Assembly (NCBI GenBank): GCA_035710025.1
Contig: DASTEB010000095.1
Coordinates: 1-36,262 of the forward strand
DNA from: Chloroflexia bacterium
Lineage (GTDB): Bacteria; Chloroflexota; Chloroflexia; QHBQ01; JADMIH01
Direction of reading: 5' to 3'
DNA length: 36,262 nucleotides
Within the stretch, counting starts at the first letter, position 1; the number at the start of each line of letters is the position of its first letter. The notes under the pieces were generated by a model. It was not told the origin of the DNA, did not search any database, and saw nothing but the letters and a program-made list of their open reading frames with translations. Position numbers and translations under genes: made by a program. Positions 1 to 9,842 of this stretch are shown here, piece by piece.

Positions 1-1
1 G

Positions 2-811
2 ACCGAGACCATGCCGCCCGCCACGGCAACCATGCCGCCCGCAACTGCGACCGCGGAGGCCACGGCGACGACGCCGGCCACGGCAACCGCAACCGCGCCG
101 GCAGTGACGGCAACACCCACAGCCTGCACGCTGGAGTTCACCGACGTGCCGGTAACCAACACGTTCTACCCGTTCGTGCGGTGCCTGGCATGCCAGGGCA
201 TTATCTCCGGATACCCGTGCGGAGGGCAGTTCGAGCCGTGCGACCCGGAGAGCAACCCCTACTTCCGCCCCAACAACTACGTAACAAGGGGCCAGCTCTC
301 CAAGATCGTGTCCGAATCCGCAGGCTTCGACGAGGAGGTACCGCCTACCCGGCGGACGTTCGAAGACGTACCCTACGGTTCGCCGTTCTGGGCGTTCGTG
401 GAGCGCCTGTACGCCCGCAACGTGATCGGCGGGTATGAATGCGGTATCGACCCGGCAGAGCCTTGCGTGCCGCCCGACAACAGGCCTTACTTCCGGCCCG
501 ACAAGGGTGCGACTCGCGGCCAGCTGACCAAGATCGTGTCCGAGGCCGCAGGGTTCAACGACACTATCGCGGAGACACAGTACACGTACGCCGACGCGCA
601 GCCGAACAGCACGTTCTGGCTGTACATCGAGCGGCTGATGCTCAACCGCCTCGGCGTGATGAACGGCTACGACTGCGGCGGCCCGGGCGAGCCGTGCGAC
701 ACGGACAACCGCCCGTACTTCCGGCCCAACAACCCGTTGACCCGCGGACAGACGAGTAAGATCGTGGCGAACACCTTCTTCCCCGGCTGTGACCCCGCGG
801 CTAAGCGGTAA
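2..811 (+). CDS. Cell-surface protein fragment (5' end outside window): Thr/Ala/Pro-rich linker followed by three SLH-like repeats
   Basis: The frame is open from the window edge to TAA at 809-811. Three ~65-aa repeats follow the S-layer-homology pattern F.DVP..F..F...L....I.GY...F.P....TRGQ..KIV, each with an inserted CGG..EPC....N.PYFRP segment. Confidence 0.7.
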   Translation, partial: TETMPPATATMPPATATAEATATTPATATATAPAVTATPTACTLEFTDVPVTNTFYPFVRCLACQGIISGYPCGGQFEPCDPESNPYFRPNNYVTRGQLSKIVSESAGFDEEVPPTRRTFEDVPYGSPFWAFVERLYARNVIGGYECGIDPAEPCVPPDNRPYFRPDKGATRGQLTKIVSEAAGFNDTIAETQYTYADAQPNSTFWLYIERLMLNRLGVMNGYDCGGPGEPCDTDNRPYFRPNNPLTRGQTSKIVANTFFPGCDPAAKR

Positions 812-827
812 CCTTCACGCACGTAAA

Positions 828-866
828 GCAAAGCCCCCGTCCGATATGGGCGGGGGCTTCTTCTTG
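828..866. terminator. Bidirectional intrinsic terminator between convergent genes
   Basis: A 9-bp stem pairs AAGCCCCCG (831-839) with CGGGGGCTT (851-859) around an 11-nt loop. CTTCTTG follows on the plus strand and TGCTTTAC follows on the minus strand. It lies between the stops at 811 (+) and 879 (-). Confidence 0.6.
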
Positions 867-878
867 CTCCTGACTAGC

Positions 879-1928
879 CTACACTCGAATGCAGGCGGCC
901 CAGTGGCCGGGCGCCTTCTCCTCGAGCGGCGGGTCGATCTCCTGGCACGCGGCGATGGCGATGGGGCAGCGGGTGTGGAAGTGGCAACCCCTCGGCGGGT
1001 TGATGGGCGAGGGCACGTCGCCCTTGAGGATGATGCGCTCGCGCTGCGCCTCGGCCAGCGGGTCTGGGATCGGCACGGCCGACAGCAGCGCCCTGGTGTA
1101 GGGCATCAGCGGGTTCTCGTATAGCGCGGCGCGGTCGGCAAGCTCCACGATCTTGCCCAGGTACATCACCGCTACCCGGTCCGAGATGTGGCGAACCACG
1201 CTCAGGTCGTGCGCGATGAACAGGTAGGTCAGGCCGAACTCTTCCTGCAGGTCCTCCATCAGGTTGATGATTTGCGCGCGGATCGACACGTCGAGCGCCG
1301 AGATCGGCTCGTCGGCCACGATGAACTCGGGGCTGACCGCCAGGGCGCGAGCGATGCCGATACGCTGGCGCTGCCCGCCGGAGAATTCGTGGGGGTAACG
1401 GTTGGCGAAGTACGGATTGAGCCCGACCACCCGCAGAAGCTCCTGCACGCGGTTGGCCTTTGCCTTGCCGCTCGCCAGCTTGTGTACCGTCAGCGGCTCG
1501 CCTATGATGTCGCCCACCGTCATGCGGGGGTTGAGCGAGGCATACGGGTCCTGGAAGATCATCTGCATCTCGCGGCGCAACACCTTCAGCTCGTCGCCCT
1601 CGGCTTTGGTGATGTCCTTGCCCTTGAAGATCACCTTGCCGGCGGTCGGCCTGTAAAGCTGCAGGATAGCTCGGCCTGCCGTGCTCTTGCCGCAGCCCGA
1701 CTCTCCCACCAGGCCGAGCGTCTCGCCTTTTCTGATATAGAAGTCAAGCCCGTCCACGGCACGCACCGCCCCGATCTGCCGCTGGATGAACAGTCCACGG
1801 GTGATGGGGAAGTGCATCTTCAGCCCTTCCACCTGCAGCAGCGTGTCGCGCGGCACCTCGCGCGTCGTCGTCCGTGCGGCGCTGTAGCGTGTCTCGGCCT
1901 CTACGTTCGGCTTGCTTACTGTCGCCAT
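879..1928 (-). CDS. Oligopeptide/dipeptide ABC transporter ATP-binding protein (OppF/DppF-like)
   Basis: Walker [13 protein letters not shown] signature FSGGQRQR and Walker [12 protein letters not shown] are present. A C-terminal Cys/His-containing oligopeptide-transporter extension is also present. It is the last gene of a five-gene operon. Confidence 0.92.
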   Translation of the reverse strand: MATVSKPNVEAETRYSAARTTTREVPRDTLLQVEGLKMHFPITRGLFIQRQIGAVRAVDGLDFYIRKGETLGLVGESGCGKSTAGRAILQLYRPTAGKVIFKGKDITKAEGDELKVLRREMQMIFQDPYASLNPRMTVGDIIGEPLTVHKLASGKAKANRVQELLRVVGLNPYFANRYPHEFSGGQRQRIGIARALAVSPEFIVADEPISALDVSIRAQIINLMEDLQEEFGLTYLFIAHDLSVVRHISDRVAVMYLGKIVELADRAALYENPLMPYTRALLSAVPIPDPLAEAQRERIILKGDVPSPINPPRGCHFHTRCPIAIAACQEIDPPLEEKAPGHWAACIRV

Positions 1929-1932
1929 ACGC

Positions 1933-2958
1933 TTACTCAGCCCCCACTTTGACGACCGTTTCGTCCTCGATCTCGTGCGTTTCCGCCGTCCTGATGTCGA
2001 TGAAGCAGGCCACCTGGTGCCCCGGAGCGACGTTGCGCAGCGGCGGCATATTATCCCGGTGGTACTCCTCGCGGAAGGTGCAGCGCGGGTAGAACGGGCA
2101 GCCGGGGATGGGGTTCACAAGGTCGGGCGGCATGCCGGGGATAGGCTCCAGACGCTCCTTACGCTCTTCGTCCAGCCGCGGCACTGACTTGAGCAGGCCC
2201 AACGTGTACGGGTGGCGCGGGTCCTTGTAAAGGTTGGTCGTGGGCGCCTCTTCCATGATACGCCCGCCGTACATCACTATCACCCGGTCGCACAGGCCAG
2301 CGACCACGCCCAGGTCGTGCGTGATGAAGATAACCGCGGTGTTGAACTCGTCCTTGAGCCTCTTGATGATTTCGAGGATTTGCGCCTGGATAGTCACGTC
2401 GAGCGCGGTGGTCGGTTCGTCTGCAATCAACAGCTTCGGATTGCACGACAACGACATGGCGATCATCACGCGTTGGCGCATGCCGCCCGAGAACTGGTGC
2501 GGATATGCGTCGACGCGCTGCTCGGCCGACGGGATACCCACCAGCTTGAGCAGCTCGATCGTGCGCGTGCGCGCCTGCGCCGAGGTCATGCCCATGTGAA
2601 GCTGCAGCATCTCGCCTATCTGGCGGCTGACGGACATCACGGGGTTAAGCGAGGTCATCGGGTCCTGGAAGATCATCGAGATCTCCTTGCCCCGGATGTG
2701 GCGCATCTCCTCGTTACTGTACTTCAGGAGATCGTCGCCCTTATAGATGATCTCCCCGCTCACGATCTTGCCGGGCGGCCAGGGTATGAGGCGCATTACC
2801 GACAGCGCCGTCACGCTCTTGCCCGAGCCTGACTCGCCCACGATGCCTAGCGTCTCGCCCTCTTTGAGGTCGAACGACACGCCGCGCACGGCCTGCACTA
2901 CCCCGTCGGGCGTGAAGAAGTGCGTTTGCAGATCCTTTACTTGTAAGAGTTCTGCCAT
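1933..2958 (-). CDS. Oligopeptide/dipeptide ABC transporter ATP-binding protein (OppD/DppD-like)
   Basis: Walker [10 protein letters not shown], signature FSGGMRQR and Walker [12 protein letters not shown] are present. A 4-nt gap separates it from the downstream ATPase gene. Confidence 0.92.
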   Translation of the reverse strand: MAELLQVKDLQTHFFTPDGVVQAVRGVSFDLKEGETLGIVGESGSGKSVTALSVMRLIPWPPGKIVSGEIIYKGDDLLKYSNEEMRHIRGKEISMIFQDPMTSLNPVMSVSRQIGEMLQLHMGMTSAQARTRTIELLKLVGIPSAEQRVDAYPHQFSGGMRQRVMIAMSLSCNPKLLIADEPTTALDVTIQAQILEIIKRLKDEFNTAVIFITHDLGVVAGLCDRVIVMYGGRIMEEAPTTNLYKDPRHPYTLGLLKSVPRLDEERKERLEPIPGMPPDLVNPIPGCPFYPRCTFREEYHRDNMPPLRNVAPGHQVACFIDIRTAETHEIEDETVVKVGAE

Positions 2959-3026
2959 GAATACTCCGGTTGACTAGGGGGCCCCATGACATGTTGCGGC
3001 CCCGGTTGCTCGGCGAGCGCTGTCGA

Positions 3027-3959
3027 TTACTTGCGGCTCCTTGGATCAAGAGCATCTCTCAGGCCATCGCCGAAGAAGTTGAACGCGAACAGCGTGACTG
3101 CCAGCGCAATACTTGGGAAGATTACCAGGTACGGTTCTGATCGAATCTGCGCCCGACCATCAGAAATCATGGCGCCCCAACTGGGAATGGGGATCTGCAC
3201 CCCAATTCCAATGAAGCTGAGGAATGCTTCGGCCAGGATAGCTGCCGGAATGCCGAACGTCGCTGCCACAATGACTGGCCCCAGGGCATTCGGGAGAATG
3301 TGGGCGAACATGATCCGTACGGGCGACACGCCGACGGCGCGTGCTGACTCAACGAACTCCTTTTCGCGCAGGGACAGCACCTGGCTGCGCACTAAGCGCG
3401 CCATGGGCGGCCAGAATGTGAATCCGATGGCGATGTAGATGTTGGTCAGATTCGGGCCAAGGGCGGTCATGATAACCATTGCGAACAGGATCGTCGGGAA
3501 TGCATACATGATATCGGTGAGTCGCATGAGTACCTGATCTACCCATTTGCCAAAGTAGCCCGCCACCAAACCGAGCGGCACGCCGATAAACAGGATTAGC
3601 AGCTCGCTGACCACGCCCACGGATATCGAAATGCTCGTGCCGTACATGACGCGGGCGAACACGTCGCGCGAAAACTCATCGGTACCAAACCAATGGGCCG
3701 CGCTCGGTTCCTGGAACTTGATGGTTCGGTTCGTTACTGGGTCACGCACTGTTGTCTTGTAGCCGTCCGGATCAAGCAGAGGGTACACAACAGCAATGAC
3801 AGCCAAAGCCACTAGCACGAACGCGCTCACCATCGCCACCTTGTTGCGCTTAAGGCGGAGCCACGCGTCGTACCATAGCGAGCGCGTGCGTGCCTGGGCG
3901 ACCGCCGCCGGAGGAATTGGCCCGCCGCGGCCGGATCTATCTGCTGAGATTACTGCCAT
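3027..3959 (-). CDS. Peptide ABC transporter permease (OppC/DppC-like)
   Basis: This is a multi-TM protein with the EAA-type loop ESARAVGVSPVRIMFAHILPNALGP, typical of binding-protein-dependent permeases. Confidence 0.9.
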   Translation of the reverse strand: MAVISADRSGRGGPIPPAAVAQARTRSLWYDAWLRLKRNKVAMVSAFVLVALAVIAVVYPLLDPDGYKTTVRDPVTNRTIKFQEPSAAHWFGTDEFSRDVFARVMYGTSISISVGVVSELLILFIGVPLGLVAGYFGKWVDQVLMRLTDIMYAFPTILFAMVIMTALGPNLTNIYIAIGFTFWPPMARLVRSQVLSLREKEFVESARAVGVSPVRIMFAHILPNALGPVIVAATFGIPAAILAEAFLSFIGIGVQIPIPSWGAMISDGRAQIRSEPYLVIFPSIALAVTLFAFNFFGDGLRDALDPRSRK

Positions 3960-3962
3960 CTG

Positions 3963-5114
3963 CTAACTCCTCGAGGCTCCACCCAACCTGATGCGTGGGT
4001 CTATCACCGAATAAAGTAGGTCTACAACCAGGTTGATGAACAGGACGAGCGTGGCGTAGAAGAGCGTCACGCCCATGATTACGCCGTAGTCGCGCGACTG
4101 CACGCTGGTGACGAACCACTGCCCTATGCCTGCTATACCAAACAGGTATTCCACCACAATCGAACCGGTGATGAGGTCGCCCAGATGGTCACCCATAACA
4201 GTGACCACGGGGAGCAGTGCGTTACGCAACGCGTGCCTTATCAGCACCATGCGCGACCCGAGTCCCTTCGCCCACGCTGTCCGAATGTAGTCTTGATTAA
4301 GTACCTCGATCATCGAAGCGCGTGTCAGGCGAGTGAGCACTGCCATCGGTCGAATTGCCAATACAATGGCGGGCAAGATCAGGTCACGGGGGAATTCGCG
4401 CCACTGCGCGATGGGTATCAAATTCAACCACAAACCGAACACCAGGATAAAGAGGACGCCCAGCACGAAGTTGGGAATCGAATACCCGACGAGTGACACG
4501 CCGGTTGCGACGTAGTCGATCCAGGTATTCTGCTTCACCGCGGCCAGAATGCCCAGCGGTATGGCGACCGCCACGAGGATTCCAAACGCAGTTATCCCCA
4601 GTATGAATGAGTTACGGGCGCTGGCGCCGATGATGTCAACAACGGGCCGCCCGGGGAACGAGAACGACGTACCGAGGTCACCCTGGACCAGACCCCCCAG
4701 GTAGCGCAGGTACTGGCCTGCCACGAAGCCCACGTCCCCCGACGTTCCGGGCTCCTGGGTAATCATCAATATGAACCAGAAGACCATTATTCCCGCCACT
4801 GTATACATCAGCGACCGGATCACAGTCACCGCGGTGCCCCACCGCTTGCTCGCGATGTACGCGCCGGCTATCAGCGCGATTGCTAGGCCAAGCACGGCGT
4901 ACCGGTATATATCGCTACCCGGCCCGAGGAAGGTGGGCCAGACCGGCTCGTCAAGATGGTACTTGGCGTTGAGCGCGGCAGTCACCGCCGCGTTCGGGTG
5001 CTCCGTGGTGAAAGGCCCGCCCCGGGGAATGTGCATCAGCGCGAACGTGATCGTCGCGATACCGAGTAGGGCCGGAACCATGGCGAGCAGGCGGCGGATG
5101 ATGTAAGTCATCAT
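3963..5114 (-). CDS. Peptide ABC transporter permease (OppB/DppB-like) with ~65-aa hydrophobic insertion
   Basis: The N-terminus MMTYIIRRLLAMVPALLGI..TFALMHIPRG and the EAA loop IRTAWAKGLGSRMVLIRHALRNALLPV fit OppB/DppB. At 383 aa it is longer than the usual ~310-320 aa. Confidence 0.9.
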   Translation of the reverse strand: MMTYIIRRLLAMVPALLGIATITFALMHIPRGGPFTTEHPNAAVTAALNAKYHLDEPVWPTFLGPGSDIYRYAVLGLAIALIAGAYIASKRWGTAVTVIRSLMYTVAGIMVFWFILMITQEPGTSGDVGFVAGQYLRYLGGLVQGDLGTSFSFPGRPVVDIIGASARNSFILGITAFGILVAVAIPLGILAAVKQNTWIDYVATGVSLVGYSIPNFVLGVLFILVFGLWLNLIPIAQWREFPRDLILPAIVLAIRPMAVLTRLTRASMIEVLNQDYIRTAWAKGLGSRMVLIRHALRNALLPVVTVMGDHLGDLITGSIVVEYLFGIAGIGQWFVTSVQSRDYGVIMGVTLFYATLVLFINLVVDLLYSVIDPRIRLGGASRS

Positions 5115-5206
5115 GTCTATACCCTACGGATCTAGGTGCCAAAAGATGCTGTGATTTACGCGAGCCCGGCCGCGGCCGTCAACCGGCCCGCCGGGATTAA
5201 GATGTC

Positions 5207-5240
5207 ACTATAGGGGCGACGCGTGCGTCGCCCCTATAGT
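5207..5240 (-). repeat. Perfect 16-nt inverted repeat (intercistronic mRNA hairpin) between the SBP gene and the first permease gene
   Basis: ACTATAGGGGCGACGC (5207-5222) and GCGTCGCCCCTATAGT (5225-5240) are exact reverse complements. A shorter hairpin GGGG-tcttg-CCCC followed by TTTT (sense strand, ~5266-5285) lies directly after the SBP stop. Confidence 0.6.
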
Positions 5241-5293
5241 ACGTCCTTGTACCTTTACGGGGAGCCCCAAAACGGGGCAAGACCCCGTTCAGG

Positions 5294-7090
5294 CTACTGG
5301 GCCGGCTTGAGCAAGCGGAACGGATAGATCTCCGTATTGTTCGTGCCGTAGCCGGTGAACCTGTCGCCCTCGAGCCAGTAGCGCGCGGGCTGGTACAGCG
5401 GGACGATCGGAGCCTCGCTGAGCATCAGCTCCTCTGCCTGCTGGTACAGCCGGAAGCGCTCTTCCTGCCGCTCAGGCTCGTAGATTGCGTCGGCCTCGTC
5501 GATCAGCCGGTCGTACTCGGGGTTGTTATACGCCGGGTCGTTGCCGGTGCCGATCTTCTGCGAGTGGAACAGCTCGTACAGCCAGTTGTGCGGATCGGGG
5601 AAGTCATGGCCCCACGAGCCGTAGAACATGGTGTACTGATGCGCCTGGCGCGCCTCGAGCATGTCGGCCCACGGGATCACTTCCACCTGCACGTTGCAGC
5701 CCAGGTTCTCGTTCAGCTGAGCCTGGATCTGCGTGGCCACTGCCTGCTCAACCTCGCGGTCGCGGGTCGTGTAGGTCAGGTCGAGGCCCGCGCAGCCGGG
5801 ATAACCGGCCTCTTCGAGCTTGGCCTTGGCCGTCTCGAGGTTGAAGGGGAACAGATCAACCTGCTTGAAGCCAGGCTCGCCCTCGGGCATCAGCGTCGTG
5901 ATAGCAACGCCGGTGCCCTGCAGCGCCAGGTCGATAAGCTGCTCGCGGTCGATGGCGTAATTCATGGCCTCGCGCAGCGCCTTGGCCTTGGCATCGTCCT
6001 TCGGGCCGAACGGCGGCTTGGTGAGGTTCATGCCGATCCACACGGTGCGGGCGTTACCCACCACCTTCAGGTTGTCCTTCAGCGGCGAGTTCGCGTCTTC
6101 CTCGATACGGCGGATATCGTTCGGGTCGGGCTGGTCGAGCACGTCAAGCTGGCCGTTCTCGAACTGGGCCTGCGCGGTCGCGGTGTCCGGAACGATGGGT
6201 ACCTCGACGTCAACAGTAGCCCTCTCCTCGGTCTTCCAGTAGTCCGGGTCTACCTTGAAGCTTAGCGCCTGGTTGTGATCCCAGCGCTCGAGGATATAGG
6301 GGCCGGAACCCGCGCCCTCGTGCATGCCGGTCTCGGTGAAGCAGGACGGCTGGTCCGCAGGGCACTTCTCGACCACGTTGCGGTTCACAACGTAGAACGT
6401 CCAAATTGCCATCTGCGGGAGCATGTAGGCGCGAGGGGCGACGAGCGTGACCTCGAGGGTCTGCGGGTCGACCACCTTGACGCCCGAAAGCTCCTCAACC
6501 TTGGGCTGAGTGGTGTCGGTCGAGATGGCCGACGCCTGCAGCTCCTCGGCGCCCTCGATGTCGAACATCACGAAGATGTAGGGGGCATCGGGCGTCTTCA
6601 GAGCGCGCTCCCACGACCACTTGACGTCGGCCGCGGTCAGCGGATCGCCGTTGGAGAACTTGGCGTCCTTACGGATCTTGAAGGTGTAAGTCTTGCCGTC
6701 CTCGCTAACTGTGGGGAGGGCTTCGGCGAGCGAAGGCTCGATCTCGAGGGTCTCGTGGTTGAAGCGCACGAGGCTCTCGTACAGGTTGAGGCTCAGGTCG
6801 ACGGAGATGGTCTCCTGGATCAGGGCCGGGTCGAGCGTCTCAGGCTCGGCAAATGCGCGCCAGCGGAAGACCTCGCCCGACGGGGCAGATCCGCCGCCCG
6901 TGGTGGCGGTAGCTTCGGCCGTTGTGCCCGTGGTGGCCGTAGCTTCCGCGGCAGGTGCGCCGGTGGTTGCAGTCGCCTCTGCGGCAGGTGCGCCGGGAGT
7001 CGGCGTCGCAGCCTGGGGGCCGCAGGCAGCCAGAATGGGCATCAGCAGAAGCCCGGCAGCCAGCGCTGCATATTTCTTGGGTAGCAACAT
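5294..7090 (-). CDS. ABC transporter substrate-binding lipoprotein, family 5 (peptide/nickel type)
   Basis: The signal peptide carries the lipobox ILAAC (Cys23), followed by an (APAAEATATTG)n linker and a ~530-aa family-5 SBP body. An AGGAGG SD lies 10 nt upstream of the ATG at 7090. Confidence 0.9.
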   Translation of the reverse strand: MLLPKKYAALAAGLLLMPILAACGPQAATPTPGAPAAEATATTGAPAAEATATTGTTAEATATTGGGSAPSGEVFRWRAFAEPETLDPALIQETISVDLSLNLYESLVRFNHETLEIEPSLAEALPTVSEDGKTYTFKIRKDAKFSNGDPLTAADVKWSWERALKTPDAPYIFVMFDIEGAEELQASAISTDTTQPKVEELSGVKVVDPQTLEVTLVAPRAYMLPQMAIWTFYVVNRNVVEKCPADQPSCFTETGMHEGAGSGPYILERWDHNQALSFKVDPDYWKTEERATVDVEVPIVPDTATAQAQFENGQLDVLDQPDPNDIRRIEEDANSPLKDNLKVVGNARTVWIGMNLTKPPFGPKDDAKAKALREAMNYAIDREQLIDLALQGTGVAITTLMPEGEPGFKQVDLFPFNLETAKAKLEEAGYPGCAGLDLTYTTRDREVEQAVATQIQAQLNENLGCNVQVEVIPWADMLEARQAHQYTMFYGSWGHDFPDPHNWLYELFHSQKIGTGNDPAYNNPEYDRLIDEADAIYEPERQEERFRLYQQAEELMLSEAPIVPLYQPARYWLEGDRFTGYGTNNTEIYPFRLLKPAQ

Positions 7091-7255
7091 TTACGCTTTT
7101 CCTCCTATGGTTGTCTGTTCAGCGCTTTTCCGGACGCACAACGACAAGGCTAGACCCGGCTTCAGTGCGTACGGGGAGTACATGCTCAGGGAGCAAAAGG
7201 TGGCAGGCGTCACCCCCTTTCATGGGAATGTACCGCTAACAGAATAACGTCTGCC

Positions 7256-7285
7256 ATTCTAATGCTATTAACACCTGCCTGTCAA
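7256..7285 (-). promoter_or_regulatory. Sigma-70-type promoter for the peptide ABC operon
   Basis: On the minus strand, TTGACA (7285-7280) is followed by an 18-nt spacer and TAGAAT (7261-7256). This implies a ~160-nt leader before the SBP start. Confidence 0.55.
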
Positions 7286-7487
7286 GGATTTGGTTCATCC
7301 AGACGCGCCAACATGTGAGCGAGCACGCGCAAGCAGCGCCAGGCGGAGCATCCAAGAGACCCCGGCCCCATGCTCGGGAACCGAAGTCTCCTTGGCTTCT
7401 TTGGCAACGACCGGCGCGCGTGCAGTCTGTCGTGCAGTTCGCCCTGCTTGCGCGCTATCGACCAGGTGTAAGTTATCTGGCGTCGGT

Positions 7488-7904
7488 TTAGCGCTTTGTG
7501 TACTGAGGTGCCTTGCGGGCGCGCTTCAGACCGGGCTTCTTGCGCTCCTTCACGCGAGGGTCGCGTGCGAGCAAGCCGGCCTTTTTAAGCACCGAGCGGA
7601 AGTTCGCGTCGGCCTGCACCAGCGCGCGGGCCAACCCGTGACGTACGGCGCCTGCCTGGCCGGTCGCCCCGCCCCCGAGCACCTTCACGGTGACGTTGTA
7701 CTTGCCCGCGTTCTCGGTCAGGTCCAGCGGGTGCGCGATCATCTTGTGGTAGATTGCGCGGCCGCCGAAGTACTCCTCGGCAGGCTTGCTGTTGATGATG
7801 AACTGGCCGTTGCCCGGGTACATGCGCACGCGCGCCACGGCGCTCTTGCGGCGCCCGGTCCCGTAGTAGTAAGCTGGCCTCTCGGTTCGTGTCGTGTTAT
7901 CCAT
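7488..7904 (-). CDS. rpsI: 30S ribosomal protein S9
   Basis: [14 protein letters not shown] near the N-terminus and the canonical C-terminus [18 protein letters not shown]. Confidence 0.97.
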   Translation of the reverse strand: MDNTTRTERPAYYYGTGRRKSAVARVRMYPGNGQFIINSKPAEEYFGGRAIYHKMIAHPLDLTENAGKYNVTVKVLGGGATGQAGAVRHGLARALVQADANFRSVLKKAGLLARDPRVKERKKPGLKRARKAPQYTKR

Positions 7905-7926
7905 GAGTCTCCTTGTTACCTGCCTC

Positions 7927-8400
7927 TTACCTGGCTACTTCCAGCGTCTCGGTCTCGGGGTCCAGCCGAAGCTCGATAGGCTTCTGGGCCGCGTGCGGGT
8001 GCTTGGGGCCCGCGTAGACCTTCATCTTCTTCAGCATCTGCTCACCAAGGCTGTTGCGGGGCAGCATGCCGCGCACTGCAGCCTCTACCGCGAAGGTGGG
8101 GTGCTTCTGCATCATCTCATTGAACGGCACCGACTTGAGATGTCCAAGATAGCCCGAGTGGCTGTAGTACATCTTGTCGGTGAACTTCTTGCCCGTCACC
8201 ACTACCTGCTCGGCGTTGATGACGATGACGAAGTCGCCCATGTCCATGTGGGTGGCAAAGGTGGGCTTGTTCTTGCCGCGCAGGTACTGGGCCACGAGCG
8301 TGGCGAGGCGCCCGAGGGTCTGGCCCTTGGCGTCTATGATGTACCACTGGCGCTGTTCCTCGGCCTCTTTAGCCGTGGGCGTATAGGTCTTGCTGTTCAT
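7927..8400 (-). CDS. rplM: 50S ribosomal protein L13
   Basis: [25 protein letters not shown] fits L13. I chose the ATG at 8400 (MNSKTY) because a GGAGA SD lies ~10 nt upstream. The ORF-track start at 8451 would add 17 atypical residues. Confidence 0.9.
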   Translation of the reverse strand: MNSKTYTPTAKEAEEQRQWYIIDAKGQTLGRLATLVAQYLRGKNKPTFATHMDMGDFVIVINAEQVVVTGKKFTDKMYYSHSGYLGHLKSVPFNEMMQKHPTFAVEAAVRGMLPRNSLGEQMLKKMKVYAGPKHPHAAQKPIELRLDPETETLEVAR

Positions 8401-8546
8401 ATCCTTAGTATCTCCGTTTGTGCTTGGGGCTTGAGGGAGCACCGGGGGCACTCACCCCCAAACCCCAGCGGGGCACGAACGTGAACCTGCCCCACCACCC
8501 CGCTTATCATGCCAACTCCGGCCCCGCGCTCGGGCGGTCCGGCCGC

Positions 8547-9371
8547 TCAGTATTCGACCCACAGCAGGCAAAGCCCGTGAGGTCGTGCCGTTTCACCGGC
8601 ATTGCGCCGGTCGCGGCTCTCGATAAGCTCGCTTATGCTCTCTACAGTACGCTTGCCCCGCCCGACCTCCAACAGGGTGCCCACTATCGTGCGGATCATC
8701 TGCGGGAGAAAGGCGTTGGCCACCAGATCTATCGCCCACAGCGCCCCTTCGCCAGGTGTGCCGCTCGCGATTGGCGCGTCCCACGCCCAGATGTTCGCCG
8801 CCGGGTCGAGCCGGTGCATCCTGGCGAGGTACACGGTGCGCACCGTGCTCGGACCTTCGTCGCCCTCATCACCGGGGACGCCCATGCCGCTCCCCGCGAA
8901 CGCCGCGAAGTCGTGCTCGCCCTCAAGGAGGGTCACGGCCCGCGACATCGCCTCGGTATGGAGGCTGCCCCGGACCTGCAGGGAGTACCTGCCGAGCAGT
9001 GGGCTTGGCGAGGGCGAGTGCCACAGGAGGTACCTGTAGGCTCGCCGCGTCGCCGAGAACCGCGGGTGAAAGCCCTCGGGCGCGATCTCGGCCCCCGTCA
9101 CCGCCACGTCGTGCGGAAGCACTCCGTTCAGCGCGGACCTGAGCGCCCGGGGACTGTCGAGGCCGGGCTTCTCCGGGAAGTCGAAGCCGGCAACCTGTCT
9201 CCAGGCGTGTACGCCCGCGTCGGTGCGCCCGGCGAGGGCCACCCTCACGGGCTTGCCCGCAAGGCGCTCCAGGGCCGCCTCAAGCTCTCCCTGCACGGTC
9301 CTGCCGTTGGGCTGGAGCTGCGAGCCGGAAAAGCCGGTGCCGTCGTACTGTATTGATAACTTAAGGTGCAT
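8547..9371 (-). CDS. truA: tRNA pseudouridine(38-40) synthase TruA
   Basis: The N-terminus MHLKLSIQYDGTGFSGSQLQ and the catalytic motif GRTDAGVHA are present. Confidence 0.93.
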   Translation of the reverse strand: MHLKLSIQYDGTGFSGSQLQPNGRTVQGELEAALERLAGKPVRVALAGRTDAGVHAWRQVAGFDFPEKPGLDSPRALRSALNGVLPHDVAVTGAEIAPEGFHPRFSATRRAYRYLLWHSPSPSPLLGRYSLQVRGSLHTEAMSRAVTLLEGEHDFAAFAGSGMGVPGDEGDEGPSTVRTVYLARMHRLDPAANIWAWDAPIASGTPGEGALWAIDLVANAFLPQMIRTIVGTLLEVGRGKRTVESISELIESRDRRNAGETARPHGLCLLWVEY

Positions 9372-9393
9372 CGGACGCGTCTATGCTCGTCCG

Positions 9394-9414
9394 CCGAGGG
9401 CACGGCGCCCTCGG
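9394..9414 (-). other. GC-rich 8-bp hairpin immediately after the rplQ stop
   Basis: CCGAGGGC (9394-9401) pairs with GCCCTCGG (9407-9414) around a 5-nt loop. No U-tract follows, so terminator function is uncertain. Confidence 0.3.
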
Positions 9415-9415
9415 A

Positions 9416-9772
9416 TTATTCTTCGACCAGCTCGAGCTGGCACACAAGGCTGCCGTCGCCGGGGCGGTAGTGCAGCTTGTAAAGGCGCGTGTAGCCGCCG
9501 TGGCGGTCAACGTAGCGCGGGCCGATGTCCTCGAACAGCTTGCGCACCATGAGCGAGTTGGCGAGGATCGAGTGGGCACGCGAGCGGTTGTGCTCGGTGT
9601 CCTCCCGGCCGAGCGCTATGACCTTGTCGGCCATCGGCTGAAGCTCGCGGGCCTTCGCCTCGGTGGTGCGGATGCGCTCGTGCATCAGCAGGCTCACAAG
9701 TTGATTGCGAAATAGCGCCTGGCGCTCTCCGCTGCTGCGGGCGAGGCTCCGGCCCTTCACTCTATGTCGCAT
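9416..9772 (-). CDS. rplQ: 50S ribosomal protein L17
   Basis: MRHRVKGRSLARSSGERQALFRNQ...TTEAKA is the typical L17 N-terminus. The gene sits downstream of rpoA. Confidence 0.96.
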   Translation of the reverse strand: MRHRVKGRSLARSSGERQALFRNQLVSLLMHERIRTTEAKARELQPMADKVIALGREDTEHNRSRAHSILANSLMVRKLFEDIGPRYVDRHGGYTRLYKLHYRPGDGSLVCQLELVEE

Positions 9773-9842
9773 GGCAGTTCTCCTTTACCAGGTACCCTGT
9801 TATCGTTGTTCGTTCCGGTTGCTGTTGCTCAGGCACCCGGCG

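Noticed and set aside
7290-7979. 229-aa plus-strand ORF starting in the rpsI-opp intergenic region.
   Set aside because: Most of it is antisense to rpsI and rplM. It has a TTG start without an SD and a low-complexity Ala/Arg-rich product.
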